This document shows, one piece after another, positions 18,149-27,525 of a stretch of DNA of 64,000 nucleotides. Position 1 is the first letter of the stretch. Every line of letters starts with the position of its first letter. Origin of the DNA: a virus (lineage: Duplodnaviria; Caudoviricetes); IMG/VR virus record IMGVR_UViG_3300028887_000100, positions 17,872 through 81,871 of that record; one strand, written 5' to 3'. The notes under the pieces were generated by a model, which was given only the letters and a program-made list of their open reading frames with translations, had not been told where the DNA came from and made no database searches. Made by a program: the position numbers and the translations under genes.

Positions 18149-19815
18149 GAATCGAATCCTCCTTTGTTTTTGTTGAAGTTATTATTATCCTCGTTATTGC
18201 TTCCCATAATCATGTCATTTTCTGCGCTCTGTATGTTCTCTTTGTCGATTTCCTGAAGTGCCTGCTCTGCCTGTCTCTTTGTCTCTCCAAAATACCACAT
18301 TCTGACTTCTACTTTGCTTGCAAGACCAGCATTCATGAGTGATAATCTCTTATTCAGCTCGGTATCTACATCTACCAAGATTGAATCGTCCCACTCAAAT
18401 GATGCATCATAATCTCCATCGGGTGTGATGTCGTATAAGTCACAGTATGCATTCATGATGTAAATGACATCGCGCAAAGTATCTTCCAATGAATCCTGTA
18501 TGTCTTTATTCGTCTGGAATGCTCTCTGCTTCATGGATTTAATCTCTGTTGCTGTCTTAGCTTCCATTGTAGCGTCTGAAAGACTGCCTCGTCCTAATCC
18601 AGCGACATCTTCAATTCTCATGAGTATTGCATTAAGTCCTTGTATATAAGACGAATCCCGCAACGTAGGTGCGTAGGGCTGATATGTATTGGATTCGCCC
18701 AAGTCGATAGTTCTGAAAAGTCTTGCCTGTAAGTGGTTCATGACTGTCTGTCCGCCGCCCTTGCCATCTTCTCTAAACTGCATAGCATCACGGTCAATAT
18801 CGATTGCCATCTCGCCTGCTTCATACTCCCACAGCATTCTTGAATACTGAAAATCTGCATCTTTGATGAGGTCTTTTACTCTGCTGTATCCAGATACACC
18901 AAGCGGTGATGATGTATCAATCGTATTAGCTTCTGGCATTCTGAAGTATGCAAAAAGCGGTTTCTGTATATTCTTGATAGTCACTGTCTCTTTTAAGTCT
19001 TTCCATGACGATACGCTCGACAGAGGAACTTCCTGACCTAAATCCAATCCGTTTAAATCATCTTGATTTCCTTTGTTTGTCGTAGACTTGAATGCCTTGT
19101 TGATAATGGTCACTGTGTTATTCTTCCACTTGTGATATTCAAGTCTCCTGAAAATGATGTCTTTTTCTATCTGAGTCTGTACAAAAGCGGCCTCTGTAAT
19201 CTGTCCACTTGCGTCAAAAGCTAACGGGAAAAAGCTGTCTGCCTGTATGAAGTCAAATTCAATCTGCCAGTCAGTGTCTTTACCATCTACTTCATTAGCT
19301 ACAAGATACGGCTTGATAACAAGTCCACCCTTTGCTATGCCATACTCTAACTGCTTTCTAAGCTGTTTCTTTAGCTTCTTGTATTGCTCGTTGAGATATT
19401 CAGCTCTATCAGTAGGACCAATAGCTCTGTCCTCTGTAATTGTCTTAGGCTCTAAGCTCGGCATGATATTGCCATACTCATCAGGCTCAGGCTCTTTGTA
19501 TTTAGGATTAGGTCTTTCGACTTCTTCAGTAGGAGTGGTAATCTCGCTTTCAAACTCAAGCAAAGCTGTCCTTGCCTTCTCGCTTGCTATCATTGCAGGT
19601 AAGCCAAGCGATGCAATCCTCACAGGGTCCTGCGGAGTAGGTTCTTTAAGCCATGGAGCCTGATTCTTGTACATGTCAGCCCAAAGCTGTATAGCGTGTT
19701 CCATCTGTGATGACATAATAGGTGTTACGTGTAAAGTCTGTTCGATTGTCCTTGCTCCTATCATCTTCTTCAATATCTCCTTTAATTTTGATATTATACT
19801 TGACCAAAATGCCAT
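18145..19815 (-). CDS. Portal protein (A118/SPP1-type)
   Basis: 556 aa; PLFAYFRMPEAN.ID..SPLGVS and FEWDDSI motifs. Confidence 0.9.
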   Translation of the reverse strand: MAFWSSIISKLKEILKKMIGARTIEQTLHVTPIMSSQMEHAIQLWADMYKNQAPWLKEPTPQDPVRIASLGLPAMIASEKARTALLEFESEITTPTEEVERPNPKYKEPEPDEYGNIMPSLEPKTITEDRAIGPTDRAEYLNEQYKKLKKQLRKQLEYGIAKGGLVIKPYLVANEVDGKDTDWQIEFDFIQADSFFPLAFDASGQITEAAFVQTQIEKDIIFRRLEYHKWKNNTVTIINKAFKSTTNKGNQDDLNGLDLGQEVPLSSVSSWKDLKETVTIKNIQKPLFAYFRMPEANTIDTSSPLGVSGYSRVKDLIKDADFQYSRMLWEYEAGEMAIDIDRDAMQFREDGKGGGQTVMNHLQARLFRTIDLGESNTYQPYAPTLRDSSYIQGLNAILMRIEDVAGLGRGSLSDATMEAKTATEIKSMKQRAFQTNKDIQDSLEDTLRDVIYIMNAYCDLYDITPDGDYDASFEWDDSILVDVDTELNKRLSLMNAGLASKVEVRMWYFGETKRQAEQALQEIDKENIQSAENDMIMGSNNEDNNNFNKNKGGFDS

Positions 19816-19825
19816 TTACTTCACC

Positions 19826-20722
19826 TCATTTTTTGCGCTCTTTGCGGTCTGATTTTGACTCTATTGTAAGTGGTACCATGTATTCAAGCTCTCCATTTGT
19901 TGACATCTGTCCCCACGTATCAATTGGTCGTAACTGCATACTTGATACTTTTGGCTCTCCACCATGCTGTGAACCCGTAGCTCCATCTTTACCATATGCA
20001 AAATTCTCAGCTATCTTTTTATCTGGTGTATATGATGTAAACACATCATCCGAAACAAGTTTTTGACCAGATGTTCCTCTATAAACTGTTATTGGCGTAT
20101 ATAACCAAGTCTTATAATCCATAGGTTTTTCATTTTTATCCAAACCAGTTTTATAATTGTGATATGCCACATTAAGTGATGCATTAAGTACGCCTTTATT
20201 ATAAAACATTTGCTCGGCAATACGAGGCTTATATGATGAGTCTCCGTTTCTAAACCAGCCTGAAATATGACTTGCTTTAATTGAGTCCGTAATTTTATCA
20301 ATCGCATCATCCATCGACATTTCATGTAGATTTTTGATTTCTTCTTGACGCTTCATCTCGTACCACAACTGCCGTATGGAATCCAGACCCTCATTTGCAC
20401 CAAACTGCTTAAACAATCTATTAGATAGATTTTTATCTATAAACTCATCCACATCATCAGCATCTTTTAGTGGTCCTAATGACTTAATATCAAAATTATC
20501 AATCATGGAAGCATTTTTATCTTCGGCTCGTTTTTGTATCTCAGCTTGTTTCTTGCTTGCATCTATCTGCCGTTGCTTTTCGTCATTCTCTTTTTTGACC
20601 TCATTCTGACGCGCTGTAAAATTCTTGATTGCATCGTCTTTCGATTGACCTTCCATAATGGGTATATGCTGTCCATTAATTGTTATCCAAGCTTTCACTC
20701 CTGCCATGTATCTTCTCCTCAA
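19826..20722 (-). CDS. Leader-bearing effector with a C-terminal ADP-ribosyltransferase domain
   Basis: WITINGQHIPI leader; VYRG, TSYT and GELEYMV match the R-S-E catalytic pattern. Confidence 0.7.
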   Translation of the reverse strand: MRRRYMAGVKAWITINGQHIPIMEGQSKDDAIKNFTARQNEVKKENDEKQRQIDASKKQAEIQKRAEDKNASMIDNFDIKSLGPLKDADDVDEFIDKNLSNRLFKQFGANEGLDSIRQLWYEMKRQEEIKNLHEMSMDDAIDKITDSIKASHISGWFRNGDSSYKPRIAEQMFYNKGVLNASLNVAYHNYKTGLDKNEKPMDYKTWLYTPITVYRGTSGQKLVSDDVFTSYTPDKKIAENFAYGKDGATGSQHGGEPKVSSMQLRPIDTWGQMSTNGELEYMVPLTIESKSDRKERKK

Positions 20723-21353
20723 GCTCTTTTATCAAGTCATCATCTGTCCAATACTGCGCTCTTACCGGCTCTTTACGTTTTCCACCACTGCCACCGCCTA
20801 AAAGATAGTCTACATGGTCAACAAGATTCGGCATTATATTTAAGGCACAGCAATCACGCTGAAACTCTTTTAAATACTGTCTGAATGCCCAATCATCATT
20901 GACTCCCTTTTCCCAATACTGACGGTAAACAGGATTTCCAATGATGTATTTATTTACCCACTCAGCACACCAACGTGCCCACATGTTGGGTATTCTGATG
21001 CAAGGAAAACTAAACCACATACGCGCTCTCGGCACTGCTCCTCTCTTGTTTGCTTCATCACCATCGTAAAGCTTACTTGAGAATCCACACACAAGTCCGT
21101 TATCATACCACTCTGTCCTCTGCTTAAAATCTTTACAGATGAGAACATCATCTTGCAAATGCCAAGTGCCTCCGATATCGTTTGGACAGCTTGCAAATGC
21201 GCTCATACAAGCCCGCAAGTTGCCTTCTCCCTTACTGTCATTATACACTGTAATGTCATCTTTTGCAATACCTTGTGCCAACATTGATGGAATTAAATAT
21301 TGCTCTACATACCACAGCCTTTTCGGATATGTGTGTATCATGTATTTTGCCAT
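20676..21353 (-). CDS. GT-A fold glycosyltransferase-like protein
   Basis: WHLQDDV DxD-like motif; PNLVDH. Confidence 0.6.
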   Translation of the reverse strand: MAKYMIHTYPKRLWYVEQYLIPSMLAQGIAKDDITVYNDSKGEGNLRACMSAFASCPNDIGGTWHLQDDVLICKDFKQRTEWYDNGLVCGFSSKLYDGDEANKRGAVPRARMWFSFPCIRIPNMWARWCAEWVNKYIIGNPVYRQYWEKGVNDDWAFRQYLKEFQRDCCALNIMPNLVDHVDYLLGGGSGGKRKEPVRAQYWTDDDLIKELEEKIHGRSESLDNN

Positions 21354-22868
21354 TTACTTTCTCCTGTCTATCTCTGTCTGACTGCCTTTCCGCAACCAGT
21401 TATAGTAATACATCAAAGCATCAAATTCCACCACTCTCAATCGCTTTGAAAACATCTGCCTATGAAACTGCACATCACTCTTGGAACGTACATTTCCAAA
21501 TCTTGAATCTCCGATGCTTGTGCGTTTCCAAGCTTTATTCCATGTCGCTATCCAATACCCACCAGTTGGTAATTGTGGTCTTGCATACAGCCAATCTTTG
21601 AAAATAAAGCTGAAGCATAGAATATCTGGCTCGTTCTCTTCTCTCAGCTTTCGGTCAAGTTCTGTCAATACATATTCATGTATCCACCAGTCATCGTCAT
21701 CCATGAAGAGTATGTAATCGCCTTTAGCTTCTTCAATACCTCTATTTCTCGTTGGTCCATCACAGTGATTTTCAACTGTAAACACTTTGTCGGTGTATTC
21801 TCTGGCTATGCTTTCAGTGTTGTCCGTACAACTGTCACATACGATTATCAACTCGAAATCGCGAAAAATCTGCATTTTTATGCTTTTCAACGCTTTTCGG
21901 ATGTGGTTTTCAGCGTTAAAAGCTGGAATTATGATGCTGAATCTTGGCTGGTATATACGCTTTGCAAGTGCTTTTATACCCTCTTGGAATTGATGTCTTT
22001 CGTGTCTTATAGACTGTCGGTAACCATCAAAATCTGACTTACATGTCTCATAATGCTTCAGCACTTCCCGAATCTTCTCACATATTGCTGGCAAGTTCTT
22101 GCTGTCTCTGTCAAATTTGTATTCCTCTGGTATGTTCACATCGTCTCGATATTTGGCACTACCTTCTCTGTCTGTGATTATACAACAACCTCTGGACGCT
22201 GATTCTCTTGGCATTCTATCTTTGCCGGGATGCTCACCAAAGTCAATATACAGCTTGCTACTGTCCATCAGACTTATAATCTGTGTCTGTGTCAAGTTGC
22301 ATATTGGCATAAATGTCACATCAGGCATTCGTGATATTATCTGCTCCGTAAAATCCATACCCTTTTTAGGATTATACAGTACAATATCCGAACGCTCTGT
22401 GACGCTCATATTTGACAAATAAGCTGGGTTTATATAATCACCTGTATAAATTATCTGCTTCGCATCAATACCGCTCTTTATGAGAAAATCTGACGCATAA
22501 AATGACTGTGTGAGATGCAAAATCCTATTGTATTCTTTCGGAACTGCATCTCTGCCAGTCCACTTCTTGTAGTTATCTACACTTTCCCAGAAAATAATGC
22601 TTCGATTGTTCTTGAATCGCTCTATCTTCTTGGCCCAGATTTCTGGAAATATCAGAACTGCATCACTGTCTGGACTGTCTGTAACGATGTAATTACACCC
22701 ATATGCTTTAGTATATCGCTCTGGCTGTGGATTGTTCAACTGCTTTGCGATATACCACATTTTTGCACATATATCGGCTTGCTGATTCAATTCCCAGCAT
22801 AACTGATGTAAAAGCTCTATTCCACCTGTTTCGCAACGCTCTGGACATGCTACAAACACATTGACCAT
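21354..22868 (-). CDS. Two-domain glycosyltransferase (GT-B-like N-terminus + GT2 C-terminus)
   Basis: TGGIELLHQL...PGKDRMPRE in the N half; SIIIPAFNAE...CDSCTD...FMDDDD in the C half. Confidence 0.85.
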   Translation of the reverse strand: MVNVFVACPERCETGGIELLHQLCWELNQQADICAKMWYIAKQLNNPQPERYTKAYGCNYIVTDSPDSDAVLIFPEIWAKKIERFKNNRSIIFWESVDNYKKWTGRDAVPKEYNRILHLTQSFYASDFLIKSGIDAKQIIYTGDYINPAYLSNMSVTERSDIVLYNPKKGMDFTEQIISRMPDVTFMPICNLTQTQIISLMDSSKLYIDFGEHPGKDRMPRESASRGCCIITDREGSAKYRDDVNIPEEYKFDRDSKNLPAICEKIREVLKHYETCKSDFDGYRQSIRHERHQFQEGIKALAKRIYQPRFSIIIPAFNAENHIRKALKSIKMQIFRDFELIIVCDSCTDNTESIAREYTDKVFTVENHCDGPTRNRGIEEAKGDYILFMDDDDWWIHEYVLTELDRKLREENEPDILCFSFIFKDWLYARPQLPTGGYWIATWNKAWKRTSIGDSRFGNVRSKSDVQFHRQMFSKRLRVVEFDALMYYYNWLRKGSQTEIDRRK

Positions 22869-22871
22869 ATA

Positions 22872-24218
22872 TCAATTACCCTTTCTGTTAGCGTATTTCT
22901 GTAATGCATAACGCACCGCATCTATTGAATGGTTGTTTTCGTCTGGATATGCGCTTATGAAGTTGCCATCTCTGTCCTGCTCATATTCATACTGAGTAAA
23001 TTCCTTATAGGTCTCGGGACATCTTCTTGCATCGATGTAAATATGATTTAAGCCTTGCAACCACTTTATGCCATATCGTACCGAATCTGGTCCTTTGTCA
23101 GCGCCTCGAATGAATGCTCCATATGCTTTAAAGTCTGCGATTGATTTTTCCTCTGCGCTGTCGGCTATTACCAGCTCATCCTTGCGTACTTTCTTCAGGT
23201 CATTGTATAAAATATCGAATACAACCTGATTTCGCGTTTTTACTGTGTTGTACTCATCAAAGATGTATAAATCCAAGTGCTTGATATCAAAATGCATTCT
23301 GACATAGCGGAACGGGTCTCTCGCAAAACCCCAATCGATTCCATTGTATATCTCGCTGAACGTCTGCCACATCGGCACTTTTTTGTCCTCAATTCCCATG
23401 CCGTTGTAATGAGATACAAGCTTAGTCATATCCAAATCGCAAGCATTCGGAAATACATCTCCACCTGTTCCTACAGGAACTCCCATGTATTCATGCTCAT
23501 ACGCTCTCGGATTCTTCTCTTTCAGCTCGTTTGCTTCTTCAAGAAACTCTGGTCCTAACCAGCTCTTAGGCACTTGTAAATATGTGGTTCTTACTACCAG
23601 TGTAGACTTTTGAGGTCTCAGCTCATATCCTTCTACAAACTCATTAGCCCAATTATTCTTTGAGATAGGCGGGTTAAACGTTCTGAAATCCCAAAACAGC
23701 TCGCCACCACGCTTTGTAGACTGTGTTACTTTTCTAAGCTCGCGCTCGCCCGCGAATTGGTCAAGCTCCTCGAACCAGTCTATACCGATGTATCCGAATG
23801 CCGGCTTTATTGATTTTACTTTGTCCGGGTCATCAAGTCCCATGAAGTAGATTTTCTGACCTGTTGGTATGTACTCGATTGGTGTTGAATAGTTTTTAGA
23901 TATCTTAAATAAATCCTGCAATCCAAGCTGATAGATTCCCCAAACTACCTGTGGGAATATCGATGTCTGAATCGTATTGGCTATCTTTCTAAAACAGACT
24001 GCATGTATATTTGGGTATGCTGTGATTAACAGCGGTATCGCTATTCCACCAACAAATGATGACTTTGTGCTTCCTCGTCCTCCCGGAAATATGTACCTGC
24101 TATGTCGATGGTCAAGTATATCTTCTAAAACATCAAAAAAGTCAGGTATAATACAGTCACGGAGAGGGATATTAATTTGTGGCATATCTGACTGCATCCT
24201 TTCCTGTAAAATCAGCAA
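22872..24218 (-). CDS. terL: Terminase large subunit (PBSX family)
   Basis: GGRGSTKS Walker A, WFEELDQF Walker B, GIDWGF and NHSIDAVRYA nuclease motifs. Confidence 0.95.
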   Translation of the reverse strand: MLILQERMQSDMPQINIPLRDCIIPDFFDVLEDILDHRHSRYIFPGGRGSTKSSFVGGIAIPLLITAYPNIHAVCFRKIANTIQTSIFPQVVWGIYQLGLQDLFKISKNYSTPIEYIPTGQKIYFMGLDDPDKVKSIKPAFGYIGIDWFEELDQFAGERELRKVTQSTKRGGELFWDFRTFNPPISKNNWANEFVEGYELRPQKSTLVVRTTYLQVPKSWLGPEFLEEANELKEKNPRAYEHEYMGVPVGTGGDVFPNACDLDMTKLVSHYNGMGIEDKKVPMWQTFSEIYNGIDWGFARDPFRYVRMHFDIKHLDLYIFDEYNTVKTRNQVVFDILYNDLKKVRKDELVIADSAEEKSIADFKAYGAFIRGADKGPDSVRYGIKWLQGLNHIYIDARRCPETYKEFTQYEYEQDRDGNFISAYPDENNHSIDAVRYALQKYANRKGN

Positions 24219-24238
24219 AAAGCAGGTTGGTAGCCTGC

Positions 24239-25399
24239 TTAGATGTTATACTGTTTTTTAAGTTTTAAAACGTCCTGCATATAATTATCAATCTGCTTTT
24301 CGTTAAGCGTGAACTCGCCAGATGACTCGCTGAAGCGTTTCCATGATGCTTGGTCTTTTATGCTTAGACCTTTTCCAGCTTTGCTCTCTGCTGTGAGTCT
24401 CAGATTTCTGCCAGCATTGTCATATACTTTAAGTGAATCAACAACACCAGACAGCTTTTGTACCGCGTCATATGCTTTTCTATGTGCGGCTGTCAGCTGA
24501 TGCAATGGAACAAGTCTTTTCTGCTTCACGAATCTATCCAAGCTGTTTTGTCTTACCGTTTTGAAATCGCTGTAAACAAATGACATCTCGGTCTTGTAAC
24601 CAGCTTTCTTTGCGGTATCTAAAAGCTTATAAACTCCACTGCCTGTAGCTGTACCGTCATACAGTGTCGGATAGTTGTTCTGTAAAGCTGTGTTGTATAT
24701 CTGCTTTGCAAGTGCTGAAGATTCCTCATGATAATACGCTGTGAGTCTTTCATCCATCTCTTTTCCATCAGCTTTAGCAAGTGCTTTTTTGATATCATCA
24801 GGGTCAATCAGCATCGGGTTTTTATTCTGTGAGTAAAAATCTCCAATATTCTTACTGAATACACCCTTACCAGATGCGGCACCACCACCCGTAAACATAG
24901 CGACTTTTTCCTCACCCGGCGCATACGGCTTATGGTCTTTGAAATAATTTTCCATAATCTGTCTGTGTACTTCAGCACGTTCAGGAGATAAATTACCATT
25001 TTTATCAAGATGGTCAGCAAATGATTGTTCACCAGCGTTTCCTGCTTCTGATGTGTCTATCTTATCAACTTCCTTGCCCTTAAACATCATCTTGCCATTG
25101 CTCATTGTGACTTTATCGCCTTTTGCCAATTCATCTCTGTACTTAGACTCATTATTAAGCTTTTCCGCGTCTGTTTTGTTCTTAGCTATATCTTTATCTT
25201 TCTTATGTGCATCTAAGCTGTTTCCTGTCATTTTAGAGCTATTGGAAGCTGTATTTGACTTGTTGCTCTGCGTAGACTTCTTTCCTGTTGCTTCCGCTAC
25301 TCTGTTTTTGATGTCTGCGTCAGTATCACCAGCATATATCGGAATATGTTTTCCACCCTTTAGTGTTATCCATCTTTCGGGTTCGCGCTCTTTTGCCAT
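24239..25399 (-). CDS. Leader-bearing effector with a zeta-toxin family P-loop kinase
   Basis: WITLKGGKHIPI leader; FTGGGAASGKG, IDPDDIK, LYDGT and KVYDN motifs. Confidence 0.8.
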   Translation of the reverse strand: MAKEREPERWITLKGGKHIPIYAGDTDADIKNRVAEATGKKSTQSNKSNTASNSSKMTGNSLDAHKKDKDIAKNKTDAEKLNNESKYRDELAKGDKVTMSNGKMMFKGKEVDKIDTSEAGNAGEQSFADHLDKNGNLSPERAEVHRQIMENYFKDHKPYAPGEEKVAMFTGGGAASGKGVFSKNIGDFYSQNKNPMLIDPDDIKKALAKADGKEMDERLTAYYHEESSALAKQIYNTALQNNYPTLYDGTATGSGVYKLLDTAKKAGYKTEMSFVYSDFKTVRQNSLDRFVKQKRLVPLHQLTAAHRKAYDAVQKLSGVVDSLKVYDNAGRNLRLTAESKAGKGLSIKDQASWKRFSESSGEFTLNEKQIDNYMQDVLKLKKQYNI

Positions 25400-25411
25400 G
25401 ATGCTCTCCTC

Positions 25412-25678
25412 TCACATTAATCCATATTGTATCGCTGAAGCTGTCTCATATAATGCCAGATTGTAATACTTAAACTCTGCATCATTCTTGAACGCTGACC
25501 GTTCACGTGCCTGTTTCTTTGATGTGACATCACTATTGGCCATATTGCTTATCTGTGTCAATCTGTCAGCATCTACCTGCTTCGCGTCTGCATCAGTAAA
25601 CTCTGCGCCTTTGGCTTTACTCTTGTAATAAGCTATCTCTTTATCATTCAGTTTCGCCATTGCTCTTCCTCCAATCAA
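25412..25678 (-). CDS. Small helical protein, candidate zeta antitoxin
   Basis: About 82-88 aa, directly upstream of the zeta-like gene. Confidence 0.4.
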   Translation of the reverse strand: MIGGRAMAKLNDKEIAYYKSKAKGAEFTDADAKQVDADRLTQISNMANSDVTSKKQARERSAFKNDAEFKYYNLALYETASAIQYGLM

Positions 25679-26303
25679 GCTTTATTGTCATGACGTTATC
25701 AGGTACACCCTTAACTCTGTTGTCTATGTCTACTGTCCTCTTTGCAAGCTCCTGACCAGCTTTTATTCTATCTGCTAATGTCGCATCAAGTCCAAATTGG
25801 TCTTTGATTTCGCCATTCATCACCTTGGTCAAAAACTTCATAACGTCTGCGGCTGTCGCGATTGCATGTTCCTCTTTCTTGGCATTGAGTCGGTCGATTT
25901 CCTTTTTCACCTTCTCCAGTGTCAACAAACGCGATGCCTGCTTACACGCTGTTGTTTCCTTATACCCTGCTCTTATGGCTGACTGCTGTCCATTGCTTGT
26001 TTCTGCATAATAGATACAGAATAATTTCTGCTGTTGGTTAAGTACATCTGGACAGTTTCTTTTCTGCTTGAATCCTTTTTGTCTCTGTACTCTTGGTTTC
26101 TTTTCTTTCTTTGGTTCTTCTGTTTTCTTTTCTGTTTTTGCTTTCTTTTCTTTCTGCTTTTTTTCTTCTTCCTGTTTGTATGTATCTTGTAATAGTTTTA
26201 ATGTACTTCTATGTGTTGTTTTGGAGCTTTTCGATGTGCTTTTCTTTTTTATGGATTTTCCCGCCGATTTTTTTGTTTTCTTCTTCTCAGTGTCTTTATC
26301 CAT
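25644..26303 (-). CDS. terS: Terminase small subunit
   Basis: QQKLFCIYY...QSAIRAGY...ASRLL, EVMKFLT-like and IKAGQELAKR motifs; K-rich N-terminal extension. Confidence 0.9.
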   Translation of the reverse strand: MDKDTEKKKTKKSAGKSIKKKSTSKSSKTTHRSTLKLLQDTYKQEEEKKQKEKKAKTEKKTEEPKKEKKPRVQRQKGFKQKRNCPDVLNQQQKLFCIYYAETSNGQQSAIRAGYKETTACKQASRLLTLEKVKKEIDRLNAKKEEHAIATAADVMKFLTKVMNGEIKDQFGLDATLADRIKAGQELAKRTVDIDNRVKGVPDNVMTIKLDWRKSNGETE

Positions 26304-26321
26304 TGTATCAGCTCCTTTTTA

Positions 26322-26537
26322 TTAATACATCATGTCTAAACAGCTTGCTGTTGCCTGTGGCATATATGCAGGTATATTTCTTTTACTGAATCCGTCATAA
26401 TGCTTTTTTAACAGGCTGTCTACATCTGGTTGCTTAAAATAGGTATCTGTCTCTGCATCAGTATAATTACCGCACTGCTTAAAATATGTCTTTACCGACT
26501 GTGTATACTCCTGTAATGTCATCTTTAAACCCTCCAA
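26322..26537 (-). CDS. Small protein, candidate immunity protein for 26538-27338
   Basis: Abuts the effector's stop codon. Confidence 0.4.
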   Translation of the reverse strand: MEGLKMTLQEYTQSVKTYFKQCGNYTDAETDTYFKQPDVDSLLKKHYDGFSKRNIPAYMPQATASCLDMMY

Positions 26538-27338
26538 CTATTTTATGAATTTATCTCTATACTTCATTGCATCATCATATCCATTTTCACCCGTAAAGGG
26601 CTTATTATTATTCTTAAACTCTTCAAGGTCTGTATTCTTTACTTTACCAATACCAACATATCGGTAAAATACTACATCTTCACGACCACATCCGCTTTCT
26701 TTCCATCCTTTTGGCGCATATTTCTCATTGAACTTTGTATAACTTACAGGCTCAAATCCACAGCTTACATAAAATTCATGATTACCATCAAAACTATCAA
26801 GCTTTCTGCCTCCAAGTTTTACTGCTTCAGCCATCAGCTCTCTGCCTTTCATTTTATCATTGGTATTCTTGCATAGGCTGATTATATCACCATTTCTGTC
26901 TACTGCTACTGTAGAACCACCTTTACTGACATAACATGCACAACCACGTGCTTTATAATCCTCTATTGTATGTGTATCATCTACTCTCCACTTATCAGCA
27001 ATAGGACGGCTCTCTTTAGCAGTTACTAATGATTTATTAAATGATGCTGGGTTAACTGTCTGTAAAGCTTTTGTGGTATTTTCTGATTGCTTCGCATTAT
27101 CTGCTTCTTTCTGATTTCTTGCTATCTGCTGGTCTTTCTCATCTTCATTTTTGGCGATGCTCTTCTGGTCATCTGACTGCTTGGTCGCTGTCTTTTTATC
27201 AACTGTTTTGTCTGATACTGTCTTTGTCTTGCTCTGCTTTCCTACAAAGCTCTTTACTGCATCAGCTTTAGACTGACCTTTCATGATAGGGACTCTGTTA
27301 CCGTTTACAGTTATCCACTGTTCTATCTCTTTAGACAT
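26538..27338 (-). CDS. Leader-bearing effector with a GNAT-like C-terminal domain
   Basis: WITVNGNRVPI leader; GDIISL...GRELMAEAVKLGGRKLDSFD...FYVSCGF pattern. Confidence 0.55.
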   Translation of the reverse strand: MSKEIEQWITVNGNRVPIMKGQSKADAVKSFVGKQSKTKTVSDKTVDKKTATKQSDDQKSIAKNEDEKDQQIARNQKEADNAKQSENTTKALQTVNPASFNKSLVTAKESRPIADKWRVDDTHTIEDYKARGCACYVSKGGSTVAVDRNGDIISLCKNTNDKMKGRELMAEAVKLGGRKLDSFDGNHEFYVSCGFEPVSYTKFNEKYAPKGWKESGCGREDVVFYRYVGIGKVKNTDLEEFKNNNKPFTGENGYDDAMKYRDKFIK

Positions 27339-27339
27339 A

Positions 27340-27525
27340 TCATTCTACCTCTTCCAAATCTTCTTCTCCTACTGCGTAGACTTCATCCAAATCTGACATC
27401 ACTCCCCACGCGTCAAGCTCTCTGTCATATCCACGTACTTCATAAATCTTACCTTTTTCAAAAGCTCCATTAGTCTCTCCGATGTACTTAGCTTTACTTC
27501 CTTTGTGTAACATTTTCATCCTCAC
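27340..27525 (-). CDS. Small SH3-like protein, candidate immunity protein
   Basis: KAKYIGET...KGKIYEV pattern, which I recognise from small genes that follow MuF toxin tips. Confidence 0.55.
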   Translation of the reverse strand: MRMKMLHKGSKAKYIGETNGAFEKGKIYEVRGYDRELDAWGVMSDLDEVYAVGEEDLEEVE

